Shown here: positions 1 through 9,700 of the stretch, piece after piece
Layout of the letters: every line of letters begins with the position of its first letter
Numbering within the stretch: the stretch's first letter is position 1
DNA from: Candidatus Multivoradales bacterium
GTDB lineage: Bacteria; Acidobacteriota; Thermoanaerobaculia; Multivoradales; Multivoraceae
Direction of reading: 5' to 3'
Length of the DNA stretch: 64,000 nt
NCBI GenBank assembly: GCA_965223325.1
Contig: CBDCWI010000002.1
Span: forward strand, 2,400,001 to 2,464,000
Program-made: the position numbers and the translations under genes
The notes under the pieces: generated by a model
What the model was told of the DNA's origin: nothing
Databases searched by the model: none
Seen by the model: the letters and a program-made list of their open reading frames with translations, nothing else

Positions 1-293
1 CTCCGCCAGCGCCTCTTTCACCAGGCCTTCCTCACCGGGTCGGGCGATCGCCTGGCCAAGCACCAGGTCGAAGTCGGTGCTCACGACCATGCAGATCTCG
101 GGCTGATACGAGTCAGCCCCGCTCCCGACCCTTCCAGGCCCACTCCCACAGCCCACCACCCACTCGCTGCGAACAGCATCTCTAGTTGACGGCCCCTTCT
201 TCTTACGCCTGCTTCGGCGCTTCTGCTGCCGCTTGCGCTGGCGTTGCTGCCGGCGATTCTCTTTCGACTTCTTACCCATTTTTTGAGCTCCTA

Positions 294-911
294 CTACCCA
301 TCGCCCTTCTCCCGGCCACCGCTGCTCCCGGCCCGCGGCTGCACGGCAAGGTCATCAGCTTCGTTGCAGTAGCGAATGGACTCGTGGAGGGGATGCCCTT
401 CGCCGCGTGCGAAACGTTCTTTGGGCGGCCGAGGGTTGTGCGGGAAGGCAATGGTGTTCAGGAGCGCATCAACGTCAAAGCCAACCTCAGCCTCCTCGCC
501 AGGAACCCGCAACATTGCCACGTAGTAGTAGCTGGGAGAGTCCAGAGGGTTGTCCTTCTTGATGATCTCGTCGACCTGAAACCGGGTGCCTGGCGGAAAA
601 TGAGCCAGCAGAGTTCTCCCTCCCCCGACCGCCTTGTTGGGTTCAAAGTCTTCTGGAGACCTGGGACCGCCATTGTGCCCGGGCCTGGTCAGAGACCCCT
701 TCATGACGATCCTAGACTCGCCGCCGGTCGATGGGGGATGAATAGCGTACAGGTCGACCTGTGCTTCGAGGCACTTGCCAACGATGAAGTCGAACATCTC
801 GTTGTCTGCGACGAAGGTGCCTCCGGGATGAACGTTCGGATCCCTCCGCTCGCGGCAGCCCAGCGCGGCCAGGGAAAGCAAGGCGAGGATCATGAAGCGG
901 CGCATCGACAC
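294..911 (-). CDS. Predicted lipoprotein, candidate immunity protein for the upstream lipase-like effector
   Basis: MRRFMILALLSLAALGC: basic N-region, hydrophobic core and lipobox Cys. Begins 12 bp after the stop of 924..2882. Start could be ATG at 905. Confidence 0.65.
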   Translation of the reverse strand: MSMRRFMILALLSLAALGCRERRDPNVHPGGTFVADNEMFDFIVGKCLEAQVDLYAIHPPSTGGESRIVMKGSLTRPGHNGGPRSPEDFEPNKAVGGGRTLLAHFPPGTRFQVDEIIKKDNPLDSPSYYYVAMLRVPGEEAEVGFDVDALLNTIAFPHNPRPPKERFARGEGHPLHESIRYCNEADDLAVQPRAGSSGGREKGDG

Positions 912-923
912 AGTGTAGTTCTC

Positions 924-2882
924 CTAGTCCTGCTGGCGAAGAGCCCGCGCCAACGTCGCCTGCCAACGGCTCGCGTAGGTCTGCCCAAAGCTCCGTCGTT
1001 CCAGGTAGCCATAGACATCGTGACTGTCCTCGAACTTCCCTGCCCGACCGAAATCGACGAACGTCACCCGATAGTCCGGGTCGGAGTAGAGACCATAGCT
1101 ACCGACACCGGGCAGACCACCACCGAGCGCACCAGGAACGACATCCTGCACGTTCACCATGACCTCGAGAGACCTGAGCCCCGGGGGATAGGTAAAAGCG
1201 GCCCCGCCGAAGGAAACGACTTCGAGCTCAGAAAGCTCTTCGGGGTTCAGTTGGTTCAACGCACTTGATGTAATCGCCGCACCCTGGCTATGAGGAAAGA
1301 GCTGCAGCGGCTTCGTCCTCCTGGGGTCTCTCAGGCGCTCGCGAATCGTCTCCACCAGGAGGGCAGTCGACGTATCCACGAGGTTGAGCTTGTTGAGACC
1401 GACCTGCGCTCCGTCGTATAGGAAGTTCTGCGTCGGGTTGTACACCGGTGTCAGGCTACCGCCGAGAAACTTCTGCACATCCTTAGCGATCTCCGACGCT
1501 CGCTCCTCGCTGTTGAGGATCCCGTTGATGAACAGCGCCCGGTTCGGATCATCTTGATCACCAAGAGTCTGTAGCAACTTCGCGCGAGCACTGTAGTCCG
1601 GCGCGTACGACCTGTGTGGATTCGCCTCGTCCAGCTCGCGATTCGCCTCGATCTCTCTTTCGCTGACGAAATCGTCATCACCCACCAGCGTCAAGAGCGC
1701 AGCCGCGCCTGGCCCTTCTCCCCGCAGAGTCCAGCCAACGTACTCACCAGTCAGCTGTGCGGTTGCCTCCTCCATTGCCGCAATGCCATCAGTGACCTGC
1801 TGCGCACCGGCAGCCAGGCCGCGCTCGACTCTTCGAACCGACTCGCTGGCCTGGTAGGCAGCTGGTGAGACGCGAAGGAAGTCGTTGATCTGGGCGGCAT
1901 CGCTCGTCGCGCGCTCGGCGTCTCGACTCCACGAGCCAGTCGCCACATCATCTTCGCCACCTGAGAGTTCGCCACCTGAGAGAACGTCGCGCACCGCGCC
2001 ACCGACCCAACGCCCGGCCTTCTCCAGGTTGTAGTCGACGCCACCCTTCATCTGCTCTGTCCAGACCACGAAGTCCATCGCGCTACCGAGGAGCCGGCCA
2101 CCACTGGAGCCGTAGAGGCTGTCGCCAACACGCTCGATACCGTGGTCCAGCATGTCGTCTGCGAACGGACCGTCTTCCCTGTGGACATCCCAGATGACCT
2201 CGCCGGCCTCGATTGCAGCCTGCTGGACTTCCAGGCCGGTGGTGACAATCGACACCGCGGCGCCAACCGCGGCCTGTCGTGTGGCCGCTGCGGCCTCCAC
2301 CAGAAGACGGGCTTGCTCCGCCTCCTCTGCGACCCACGCCTCTCCGGCTGAGGAGGCAACCGCCACAGCGGTCTCTGCCTGGCGGGCAAACTCCTCGAAA
2401 GCCACGACCGTGCCGTCGCGCGCCTCGACGATCTCGCCCTCCAGAACCTCGGCGCGTTCGCCCAACCAATCTGCCCCGGCGTCGATCGCCTCATCGATTT
2501 CGTTCGCCATGGCGTCGAAACCCTCACGCACGGAAGCAGCGCCAACTTCAAAACTCTCCTGCAGGCCTTCCCAGGTGGTTGCGAACCGGTCAGAAACCTC
2601 CGTCCCGAAACCTGCCGCTACCTCGCCAACCACGCCAAGCCCATCGGAGACCACCTCGGCCGCCTCGGAGAAGGAGTCTGCAGCACCGTTCCACCACTTG
2701 GAGAACAAGCCCTCATCAGCAGGGACCTGTTCATAACTCTCGGTGAGAAAATTCTCGGTCTCGAACAACCCCTCGGAGCCTCCCAGGCTAGTCCCCGAAG
2801 AATCGAAACCCTCGTCGGAATCGACCCCATCGGTCGTAGGAGTCGTGTAGTTGAACCAGGTCGATGGGTTCCAGAAGGACAT
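924..2882 (-). CDS. Alpha/beta-hydrolase (lipase-like) C-terminal domain on a long Ala/Glu-rich helical N-terminus; putative secreted effector
   Basis: 652-aa ORF with motifs FINGILN, PHSQG nucleophile elbow, SFGGA, VNVQDVVP (Asp) and SHD (His). GGAG SD upstream. Confidence 0.7.
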   Translation of the reverse strand: MSFWNPSTWFNYTTPTTDGVDSDEGFDSSGTSLGGSEGLFETENFLTESYEQVPADEGLFSKWWNGAADSFSEAAEVVSDGLGVVGEVAAGFGTEVSDRFATTWEGLQESFEVGAASVREGFDAMANEIDEAIDAGADWLGERAEVLEGEIVEARDGTVVAFEEFARQAETAVAVASSAGEAWVAEEAEQARLLVEAAAATRQAAVGAAVSIVTTGLEVQQAAIEAGEVIWDVHREDGPFADDMLDHGIERVGDSLYGSSGGRLLGSAMDFVVWTEQMKGGVDYNLEKAGRWVGGAVRDVLSGGELSGGEDDVATGSWSRDAERATSDAAQINDFLRVSPAAYQASESVRRVERGLAAGAQQVTDGIAAMEEATAQLTGEYVGWTLRGEGPGAAALLTLVGDDDFVSEREIEANRELDEANPHRSYAPDYSARAKLLQTLGDQDDPNRALFINGILNSEERASEIAKDVQKFLGGSLTPVYNPTQNFLYDGAQVGLNKLNLVDTSTALLVETIRERLRDPRRTKPLQLFPHSQGAAITSSALNQLNPEELSELEVVSFGGAAFTYPPGLRSLEVMVNVQDVVPGALGGGLPGVGSYGLYSDPDYRVTFVDFGRAGKFEDSHDVYGYLERRSFGQTYASRWQATLARALRQQD

Positions 2883-3006
2883 GGAAATCTCCGAAGGTCT
2901 TGAACGTCTGAGTCACCAAGACCTTCCTTGCGGAGATTCAGCTATTTGTTACAAGTGGCCGTCAAACTCAACCCACCTCGTCCCCTGCCCTCCGCCTGGG
3001 CCGCCC

Positions 3007-3110
3007 TCAGCCGTCCCACACTTTCCGCACCTTCACACGCGGCTCCACCTTGCTCACCAGACCGTCAATCGCCATCTCGAGGTTCAGGCGATCGCCGTTC
3101 CACAGCGGCT
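3007..3110 (-). pseudogene. 3' remnant of a DUF222-HNH paralog
   Basis: Encodes PLWNGDRLNLEMAIDGLVSKVEPR, versus PLWNGDRLDLGMAIDGLVGKVEPR at the C-terminus of 5042..6532. Confidence 0.8.
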
Positions 3111-3900
3111 GGGACCAGGTGGACGGGATCAAGCAACGTGCGGTGAAGCGTGGTCTTGCTCGTCGCGAGCTCTCGGTTCCCGAGCACATCGGAATCGACG
3201 AGACGTCGTTTCAGAAGCGCCACGAGTACGTGACCGTGGTCGCCGACACGCAGGCGGACGTCGTCCAGTGGGTGAGCGATGGTCGCGGGAAGGAGTCGCT
3301 GGCTTCCTACTTCGACTGCTTCGAAGAGGCCGATCTGCAAGGGATCTCGAGCGCCACCATGGACATGTGGCCGCCCTTCATCCACACCACGCTCGAGCAT
3401 GTGCCCGACGCGGCTCAGAAGATCGCGTTCGACCGTCGGCAACCGACTCTGGCTCTACCATCCCGAGAAGCTGGCCGGGCGAGCCTCGGAGTCGCGCCTG
3501 CTCGACTTCGACCGCCTGCTTCGTCGCTCGCTGCGAACCGCTCGGGCCTGGCGTCTCAAAGAGCTCCTGATGGAGATCTGGGACATCCGCGATCGCGAGG
3601 CTGCCCGCAGCTTCTTCGACCGCTGGTACTCTTGGGCGATCCGATCACGCTTGGCTCCGATGAAGCGCGTCGCCCAGATGGTCAAGCGACACCTCGATGG
3701 TGTGCTGAACGCCATCGTTCTTGGCGTCACCAACGCCAAGGTCGAAGGCTTCAACACCAAGATCCGGTGGCTCAAGCGATCAGCACGTGGCTACAGAAAC
3801 CGGGACCGATTCCGAACTGACACGAACTGACATCTACTTCCACCTCCGCGGGCTCGACCTCAGGCCTCATGCACTTGCCCACCACGATTCCTGAAGAGCC
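3108..3900 (+). mobile_element. Degenerate ISL3-family IS (5'-truncated, frameshifted transposase and right terminal repeat)
   Basis: Motifs GIDETSF, MDMW, AFDR and TNAKVEGFNTKI..RGYRN split over two frames. 10-bp duplication at 3813-3832. Ends ...ACGATTCCTGAAGAGCC, which reads GGCTCTTC on the minus strand, a typical ISL3 terminus. Confidence 0.85.
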
Positions 3901-3904
3901 CGCA

Positions 3905-4897
3905 ATGAACACGGCCAGACACTCGCTACTCCCGGGACTGCTCCTGATGAGCTGGCTCCTCGCCACTTCAGTCTGGGGCGGCGAACGAACCTTCCAGGGT
4001 GGTGGCGCGCCGTGGCAAGGGCTCGGCGGGGGTACGGCTCATAAGCCACTCTGGACTCGGCCGCCGGTTGGCGACCTTCCGGCCGGCACTGCGCTCTACG
4101 AGCAGACCTCTTTTTACGTCAGCGAGAGCGGGACCTACACCTTTCGCAACGTGGTCGACTCGTACACGGAAGTACCCGAGCCGTTTCCCCGGGCCTTCTA
4201 CCTGTACACCTATCGGTTCGACTCGGCGGAACCCACGCGAGACTTGCTGGCTACGGTTGACGCGTCCGATGGAAGAGACGTCACCGCAGAGTTCATGCTG
4301 TTGGCAAACAACATCTACATCATCGTTCTCTCAACGATCGGCGAAACCCAGACTCCGAACGCTGATGATGTGTTCCCGACTGTCTACTCGACGTTCTCCG
4401 GGCCGGGCGACATTCTGAGCAACTGGTGCAGGTTTGTAGACGACTACTGGTTTGAGGACGGGAGTGGAAATCGCTGGTCGTACGAGGCCCCCATGGCCTT
4501 TCGCAACGGAGCCGAGGAGCTGTGCGTGGCTGCTGGCTGGAAAGACAGGGACGGCGAGTGGCATGAGGCCCGGGTGGCACCACAGCGGACCCGTGACTCG
4601 GTCCACTTCTACTTCTTCAACGAGGACAACTGGGAGATCCACGCCAAGCTTCTGAATGCGTGCAAGATCAACAACCGCTTCTGGTTTCTCGTCTCGGCCT
4701 CGACGGACGTCGAGTTCTGGATCTCGCTGTGGTGGCTGGGGATGGATGCTCGACCCTCGCCGAGCAGTGCGGCCTTTCGCCCGTGGGATCCCAGCAATCC
4801 CGTCTCACAGGGCTACCTGATCTACCGCCATGACGGTGACGGGCCCGCACGATCGATTGTCGACACGGACTCGGTTCTGTGCTCCGAGAGTGAGTAG
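3905..4897 (+). CDS. Secreted hypothetical protein with a C-terminal FYFF..DNWE..K.L..C..N..FW module
   Basis: Signal peptide MNTARHSLLPGLLLMSWLLATSVWG. ATG lies 4 nt after the IS end. Confidence 0.7.
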   Translation: MNTARHSLLPGLLLMSWLLATSVWGGERTFQGGGAPWQGLGGGTAHKPLWTRPPVGDLPAGTALYEQTSFYVSESGTYTFRNVVDSYTEVPEPFPRAFYLYTYRFDSAEPTRDLLATVDASDGRDVTAEFMLLANNIYIIVLSTIGETQTPNADDVFPTVYSTFSGPGDILSNWCRFVDDYWFEDGSGNRWSYEAPMAFRNGAEELCVAAGWKDRDGEWHEARVAPQRTRDSVHFYFFNEDNWEIHAKLLNACKINNRFWFLVSASTDVEFWISLWWLGMDARPSPSSAAFRPWDPSNPVSQGYLIYRHDGDGPARSIVDTDSVLCSESE

Positions 4898-5041
4898 GCC
4901 GTTCGTTGCTGGGTCGGATTGTTCGGTCCCGCGGAACCTTGCCGGCATGACCTGGGCGTCAGAGCATCGAATTCTCTGAACGAAGCGGCCGATCGTGTGG
5001 CTCAGTGGAGTTCGGCCACCGCGAACACCTCTACCTCGCTC

Positions 5042-6532
5042 TCAGCCCTTTCGGGCTCGTCGAGCTCTCTTCCGCGGCTCCACCTTCCCTACCAGGCCAT
5101 CAATCGCCATGCCGAGATCCAAACGATCGCCATTCCACAGCGGCATCGTGTAGCGGTCGATGTGGTGGCCACAGCGCAGGTTGTCGCGACACAGCCGACC
5201 CACGCCACCTCCATCCACCGCAGCGACCGGCGGTGAACTCGGGATCAACTGGCCGTTGGGCCGGTAGAAACTGGCCTGGCCTCCCGAGAATCCCATCGAG
5301 AAGCCGCCTTCGTGGAGGGCACGGTGGTGGAAGCGGCAGAGAAGCACCAGGTTGTCGAGAGACGTCGCACCGCCGTCGGCCCAATGCTCAATGTGATGGG
5401 CCTCGCAGTGCTTCACACCACAACCCGGGAAACAACAGCCGCCATCGCGATGCTCGAGTGCGCGCCGGATCGCCGGTGGAACCGTACGCCGCTTCCGACC
5501 GACATCCAGAACCGAACCGTCAACCCCATGACGCATTTCGACAACGCCGGCGTCGCACGCCAACCGTCGCGACGTTTCCGCGGAAACGCCGGGACCGTTC
5601 TCGATGGTCGACTGGCCGTCGGAACAGCTGGCAAGCACCGGCTCGTCGACGTGCACCACCACCTGGTAGCGGCCAGCCCGCGCCGGCGCACTCTCTGATG
5701 CACGCGCCGACGCGCCACCGCTCAAAGCCCACTCCGCGACCACACCCAGCGCATCAGCCCGTCGCTGAGCCCGACCGACCCGTTCAACCCGCTCCTCGAA
5801 CGCCTCCTCGCGCTTGCGGTCTTCCTCAAACAACGCGTCGCCTGCCGCTTCGAGCGCCTGCAGGAAAGCCGCACCCACCTCCGGCTCCAAACGCGCCCGC
5901 ACAACCAGCATCCCGTCCTCATCCCAAGACGTCGAAAGCTCGCGCGCCTTGCGCCGCACCTCATCGTGCTCGTTCTCGATACGTCGCGAAACTCGCCGCC
6001 AACTCCTGCATACCCGTTCGAGCTGTGCCGCCGTCATCACCCGCGCATAGCCAACCAGCGTAGCCTCCGTTTCGGGAGCCGCCACCCGGGTGATCGCCCG
6101 CACCTTCGAATACGACAACTCACCGCACTCCATCCCCCCCGCCACCAGCGGCAGCTCCCGCAACCGCCGCGCCACCCTTACCTTCTCCCGCGCCGCACCC
6201 AGCCGCAGCCCAATGCGCCAATTGAGCCAGTGCGCACAGGAGCGCCAGTCAGCCCAGCCGCCACGCTCGTCGAACTCGGCGATCATCACCAACAGTCGAT
6301 AGGAAGCCGCCGTGATCTGCGCAGCCAGGTTGGCAATCTGGTTCCCGAGATCTTCGAGATCGTTCTGGACCCGGTTGGAGCCGAGGGGCTTCGGCATGGG
6401 CGGGTGGCCGAGGCAGAGAGGCGGCTCGGCGGGATGCTCTGGGGCGGGGGCAGAGGACGGTTCGTGGGGAGCAGAAACGAGGCCGGCGGTCCGAGGAATG
6501 AGGGCGGTTTCGGCAGCTTGTGGGTGCGTCAT
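5042..6532 (-). CDS. DUF222 (13E12-repeat-like) HNH endonuclease
   Basis: N-terminal FDERGGW..SCAHWL..AREKVRVAR and LSYSKVRAITR; RRLACDA. C-terminal RDGGCCFPGC..EAHHIEHWADGGATSLDNLVLLCRFHH HNH motif. Confidence 0.9.
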   Translation of the reverse strand: MTHPQAAETALIPRTAGLVSAPHEPSSAPAPEHPAEPPLCLGHPPMPKPLGSNRVQNDLEDLGNQIANLAAQITAASYRLLVMIAEFDERGGWADWRSCAHWLNWRIGLRLGAAREKVRVARRLRELPLVAGGMECGELSYSKVRAITRVAAPETEATLVGYARVMTAAQLERVCRSWRRVSRRIENEHDEVRRKARELSTSWDEDGMLVVRARLEPEVGAAFLQALEAAGDALFEEDRKREEAFEERVERVGRAQRRADALGVVAEWALSGGASARASESAPARAGRYQVVVHVDEPVLASCSDGQSTIENGPGVSAETSRRLACDAGVVEMRHGVDGSVLDVGRKRRTVPPAIRRALEHRDGGCCFPGCGVKHCEAHHIEHWADGGATSLDNLVLLCRFHHRALHEGGFSMGFSGGQASFYRPNGQLIPSSPPVAAVDGGGVGRLCRDNLRCGHHIDRYTMPLWNGDRLDLGMAIDGLVGKVEPRKRARRARKG

Positions 6533-6555
6533 GAAAGGCTCCGGCAAGACGTTTC

Positions 6556-6585
6556 TACGTTTTATTTACGCCTATCAAGATAGCA
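6556..6585 (-). promoter_or_regulatory. Extended -10 (TGcTATCTT) of the HNH gene followed by a TACG-N7-TACG box (6556-6570)
   Basis: Plus strand reads TACGttttattTACG, with the same motif and spacing as the boxes on the lexA promoter. Confidence 0.55.
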
Positions 6586-6656
6586 CGGTGCGACTGCAAA
6601 GTCCAGTAAAAACAGGCGTTTGCGGCTGTTTTGAAGATGTCGCGGTGAGTCGAGGA

Positions 6657-6672
6657 CGTTTCCGCGGAAACG
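6657..6672. repeat. Perfect 16-bp palindrome CGTTTCCGCGGAAACG; second copy at 5573-5588
   Basis: 19-bp identity GACGTTTCCGCGGAAACGC at 5571-5589 and 6655-6673. Confidence 0.9.
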
Positions 6673-6724
6673 CGATGGGCGAGATCGGCCTTCTGTGTGA
6701 AAACTCGCGCTTTCGTAGTATTCC

Positions 6725-9700
6725 GTGACCTCGCCTTTGGCGCAGTGCCGCGAATTTCGGCGCTCGAGCCCGCTCCTCCCCCGACCAGTGACCAAGTTCG
6801 ACACCTCAGGCCTCTACGAACTCCTCCTCACCGAGGAGATCAACCGCCGTCTCGAAGCGCTCGAAGGCGTCCTCCTAGAGCGTCATGAACCCGCGTCGGA
6901 GAGTGCAGCCGATTACCTCGCGCGCCACCTGCACGAGCTCGGACTGAAGGTCTTCCGCAGCTTCAAGGGTGCCGACGCGCTGGAGCGCCAGGTGCAACTG
7001 GCCAATTCCGTGATCGCCCTACTCTCGCAAGACTCCGAGGCCGGGGTCGATGACGGCGACCGCGTTCGCGACCCCGCAGGGATCTTGCTCTCGCTTTTCC
7101 GCAGAGCTGAGCAGCGGCTTGGCGATGCCCAGATCGAGCGCCCGAGCTTGCCTCTACGGCAGAGTGACCTGCTTGTCAACGGCCCCCGCGACCAGCGCCT
7201 CGGACATGAACTGAATCGCGAACTCGCATCGGCAGATCGCGTGGACCTCTTGGTGTCTTTCCTCAAGTGGAGCGGACTTCGTGTCATCAAGAACCAGCTC
7301 GACGAGTTTCTAGGACGTCGCCCTGGGCAGCTGCGCGTGCTCACGACGACCTACCTCGGCGCCACGGAGACTCGAGCGCTCGATTGGCTCCAAGAGCGAC
7401 GCGTCGATGTGCGCGTCTCCTACGACACGCGTCGCACTCGACTTCATGCCAAGGCCTGGCTGTTCCACCGCGACTCTGGTTTCTCGACCGGCTTCGTTGG
7501 TTCTTCGAACCTCTCCCACGGCGCCCTGCTCGACGGCTGCGAATGGAACGTGCGCCTTAGCCTTGTCGACAACCGCTCCATCCTGCGCAAGTTTCAGACC
7601 ACGTTCGACCAGTACTGGAGCGACGGTGAGTTCGAGCCCTACGATCGCGAGGCCTTTCTCGAGGCGACAAAGAAGAACAGCGAAGCACTCGACCACCTCG
7701 CCCAGACCAGCGGCCTCCGGCCCTACCCGCATCAGGAGGAGGTGCTCCAGGCCCTCGAACACGAACGCGAGCACGGCCACACCCGCAACCTCGTCGTGGC
7801 AGCCACAGGCACTGGGAAGACTGCAATTGCTGCCTTCGACTATGCCCGCTACCGGAAACGCCATCCCGAAGCGACACTGCTTTTCGTCGCGCATCGCCAT
7901 GAGATCCTGAAACAGAGCCAAGCCACCTTTCGCAACGCGCTCAGAAACGGCAACTTCGGCGAGCTACAGGCGAGAGGCGAGGAGCCCGTTCGCGGCCGTC
8001 ACGTATTTGCCTCGATTCAATCCCTGCGGCCCCGCAGGCTCGATGAGCTTCAACCGCGTGCTTACGACTTCATTGTGGTCGACGAGTTTCACCACGCCGC
8101 CGCCACGACCTATCGCCGACTCCTCGAGCACCTCGAGCCCAGCATCCTCCTCGGCCTCACAGCGACACCCGAGCGAGCCGACGGCCAGTCGATCTTGCAC
8201 TGGTTCAACAATCGCATTGCTGCAGAGACCAGGCTTTGGGATGCCCTCGACCTGGGCCTGCTCGTACCCTTTCAGTACTTTGGTGTTTACGACGGCACCG
8301 ACCTATCGCTTGTCAACTGGCGCTCCGGCCGCTACGACACCGAAGGGCTAGAGAACGTCTATACAGCAGACGACGTCAGAGCTCGTGCCGTCATACGAGC
8401 CGTGAGGGAGCACGTGCGTTCGCCTCGAGACATGCGGGCACTGGGCTTCTGTGTCTCCGTGAAACATGCTCAATACATGGCAGATTTCTTTGAGGGCGAG
8501 GGTATCGCGGCAGTGGCCGTCCACGGTCGAACCCCCACCGCGGAACGTGAGGCTGTGCGGCAACGCCTTGCCACCAAGGAGGTCAACATCGTCTTCACCG
8601 TCGATCTTTTCAACGAAGGGGTTGACCTTCCGTTCGTCGACACCGTGCTCATGCTGCGCCCAACGGAAAGCGCCACGATCTTTCTTCAACAACTCGGCCG
8701 GGGCCTTCGCCTCGCGGAAGGCAAGGACTGCCTCACCGTCCTCGACTTCATCGGGAAAGCGCGCAGAGAGTTCCGTTTCGACCTCCGTTACAAGGCTCTG
8801 ACCGGCGGTACCCGCGCCTCAGTGCGACGAGCCGTCGAGGAGGGCTTCCCGAACCTCCCCGCCGGAACCGAGCTGCTGCTCGATCGCGAAACACAAGAGG
8901 TCGTCCTGGCGAACCTCCGGAACGTTGTCGGTGGAAGAACCCAGGAGCTCGTCGCCGACCTCGTTGCGATGGGTGATGTTTCTCTCGCCGACTTCCTCCA
9001 AGGCATCGATTCGCAACCCGAGGATCTCTACACGGGAGGCCGAACGTTCACACTCCTGCGGCAACACGCGGACCACACAACTAGCCCACCACCCGAGCCC
9101 AACACGGCGAGAGCGTTCGCACGACTCCTTCACGTCGACGACGACGAGAGAATCAACACTTGGAGCAGCTGGCTGGCCGGCCCGAAGCCACCGCCCGCGA
9201 ACCCGGACGACCCGCTGCAGCTCATGCTGTTCGCACTACTCGGCAACGTGCGGCGCCCTGTTATTGAACTCGGGCTCGCATTGCAGGAGTTCTGGAGCCA
9301 CGACGACCTCCGCAACGAGCTCCACCAGCTGCTTCAGATGCTTGCGGATCGAGCCCGCCGCCCAACGCATGGCCTCGATCGCCTACCATTTCGAATCCAT
9401 GGCACCTACAGTCGTGACGAGATCTCCGCAGGTCTCCTACAGACAAGAAAGGGCAAGCTCCTTCGCACCCAGAGCGGCGTTTACAAGGACAATGCATCTC
9501 GTTGCGACGTCCTCTACGTCACACTCGAGAAGAACGCCTCCGAGTTCACCCCCACGACGCTCTACGAGGACTACCCGATCTCAGATACACGCTTCCACTG
9601 GGAATCGCAAGGCGTCACCCGCGCCGACTCGGATACTGGCCAGCGCTACCAAAACCATGAGGCGATGGACTGGCGGATTCTCCTCTTCGTGCGCCGGGCA

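Noticed and set aside
1-110. Minus-strand reading frame running off the left edge (..MVVSTDFDLVVLGQ..)
   Set aside because: Too short to assign a start or family.
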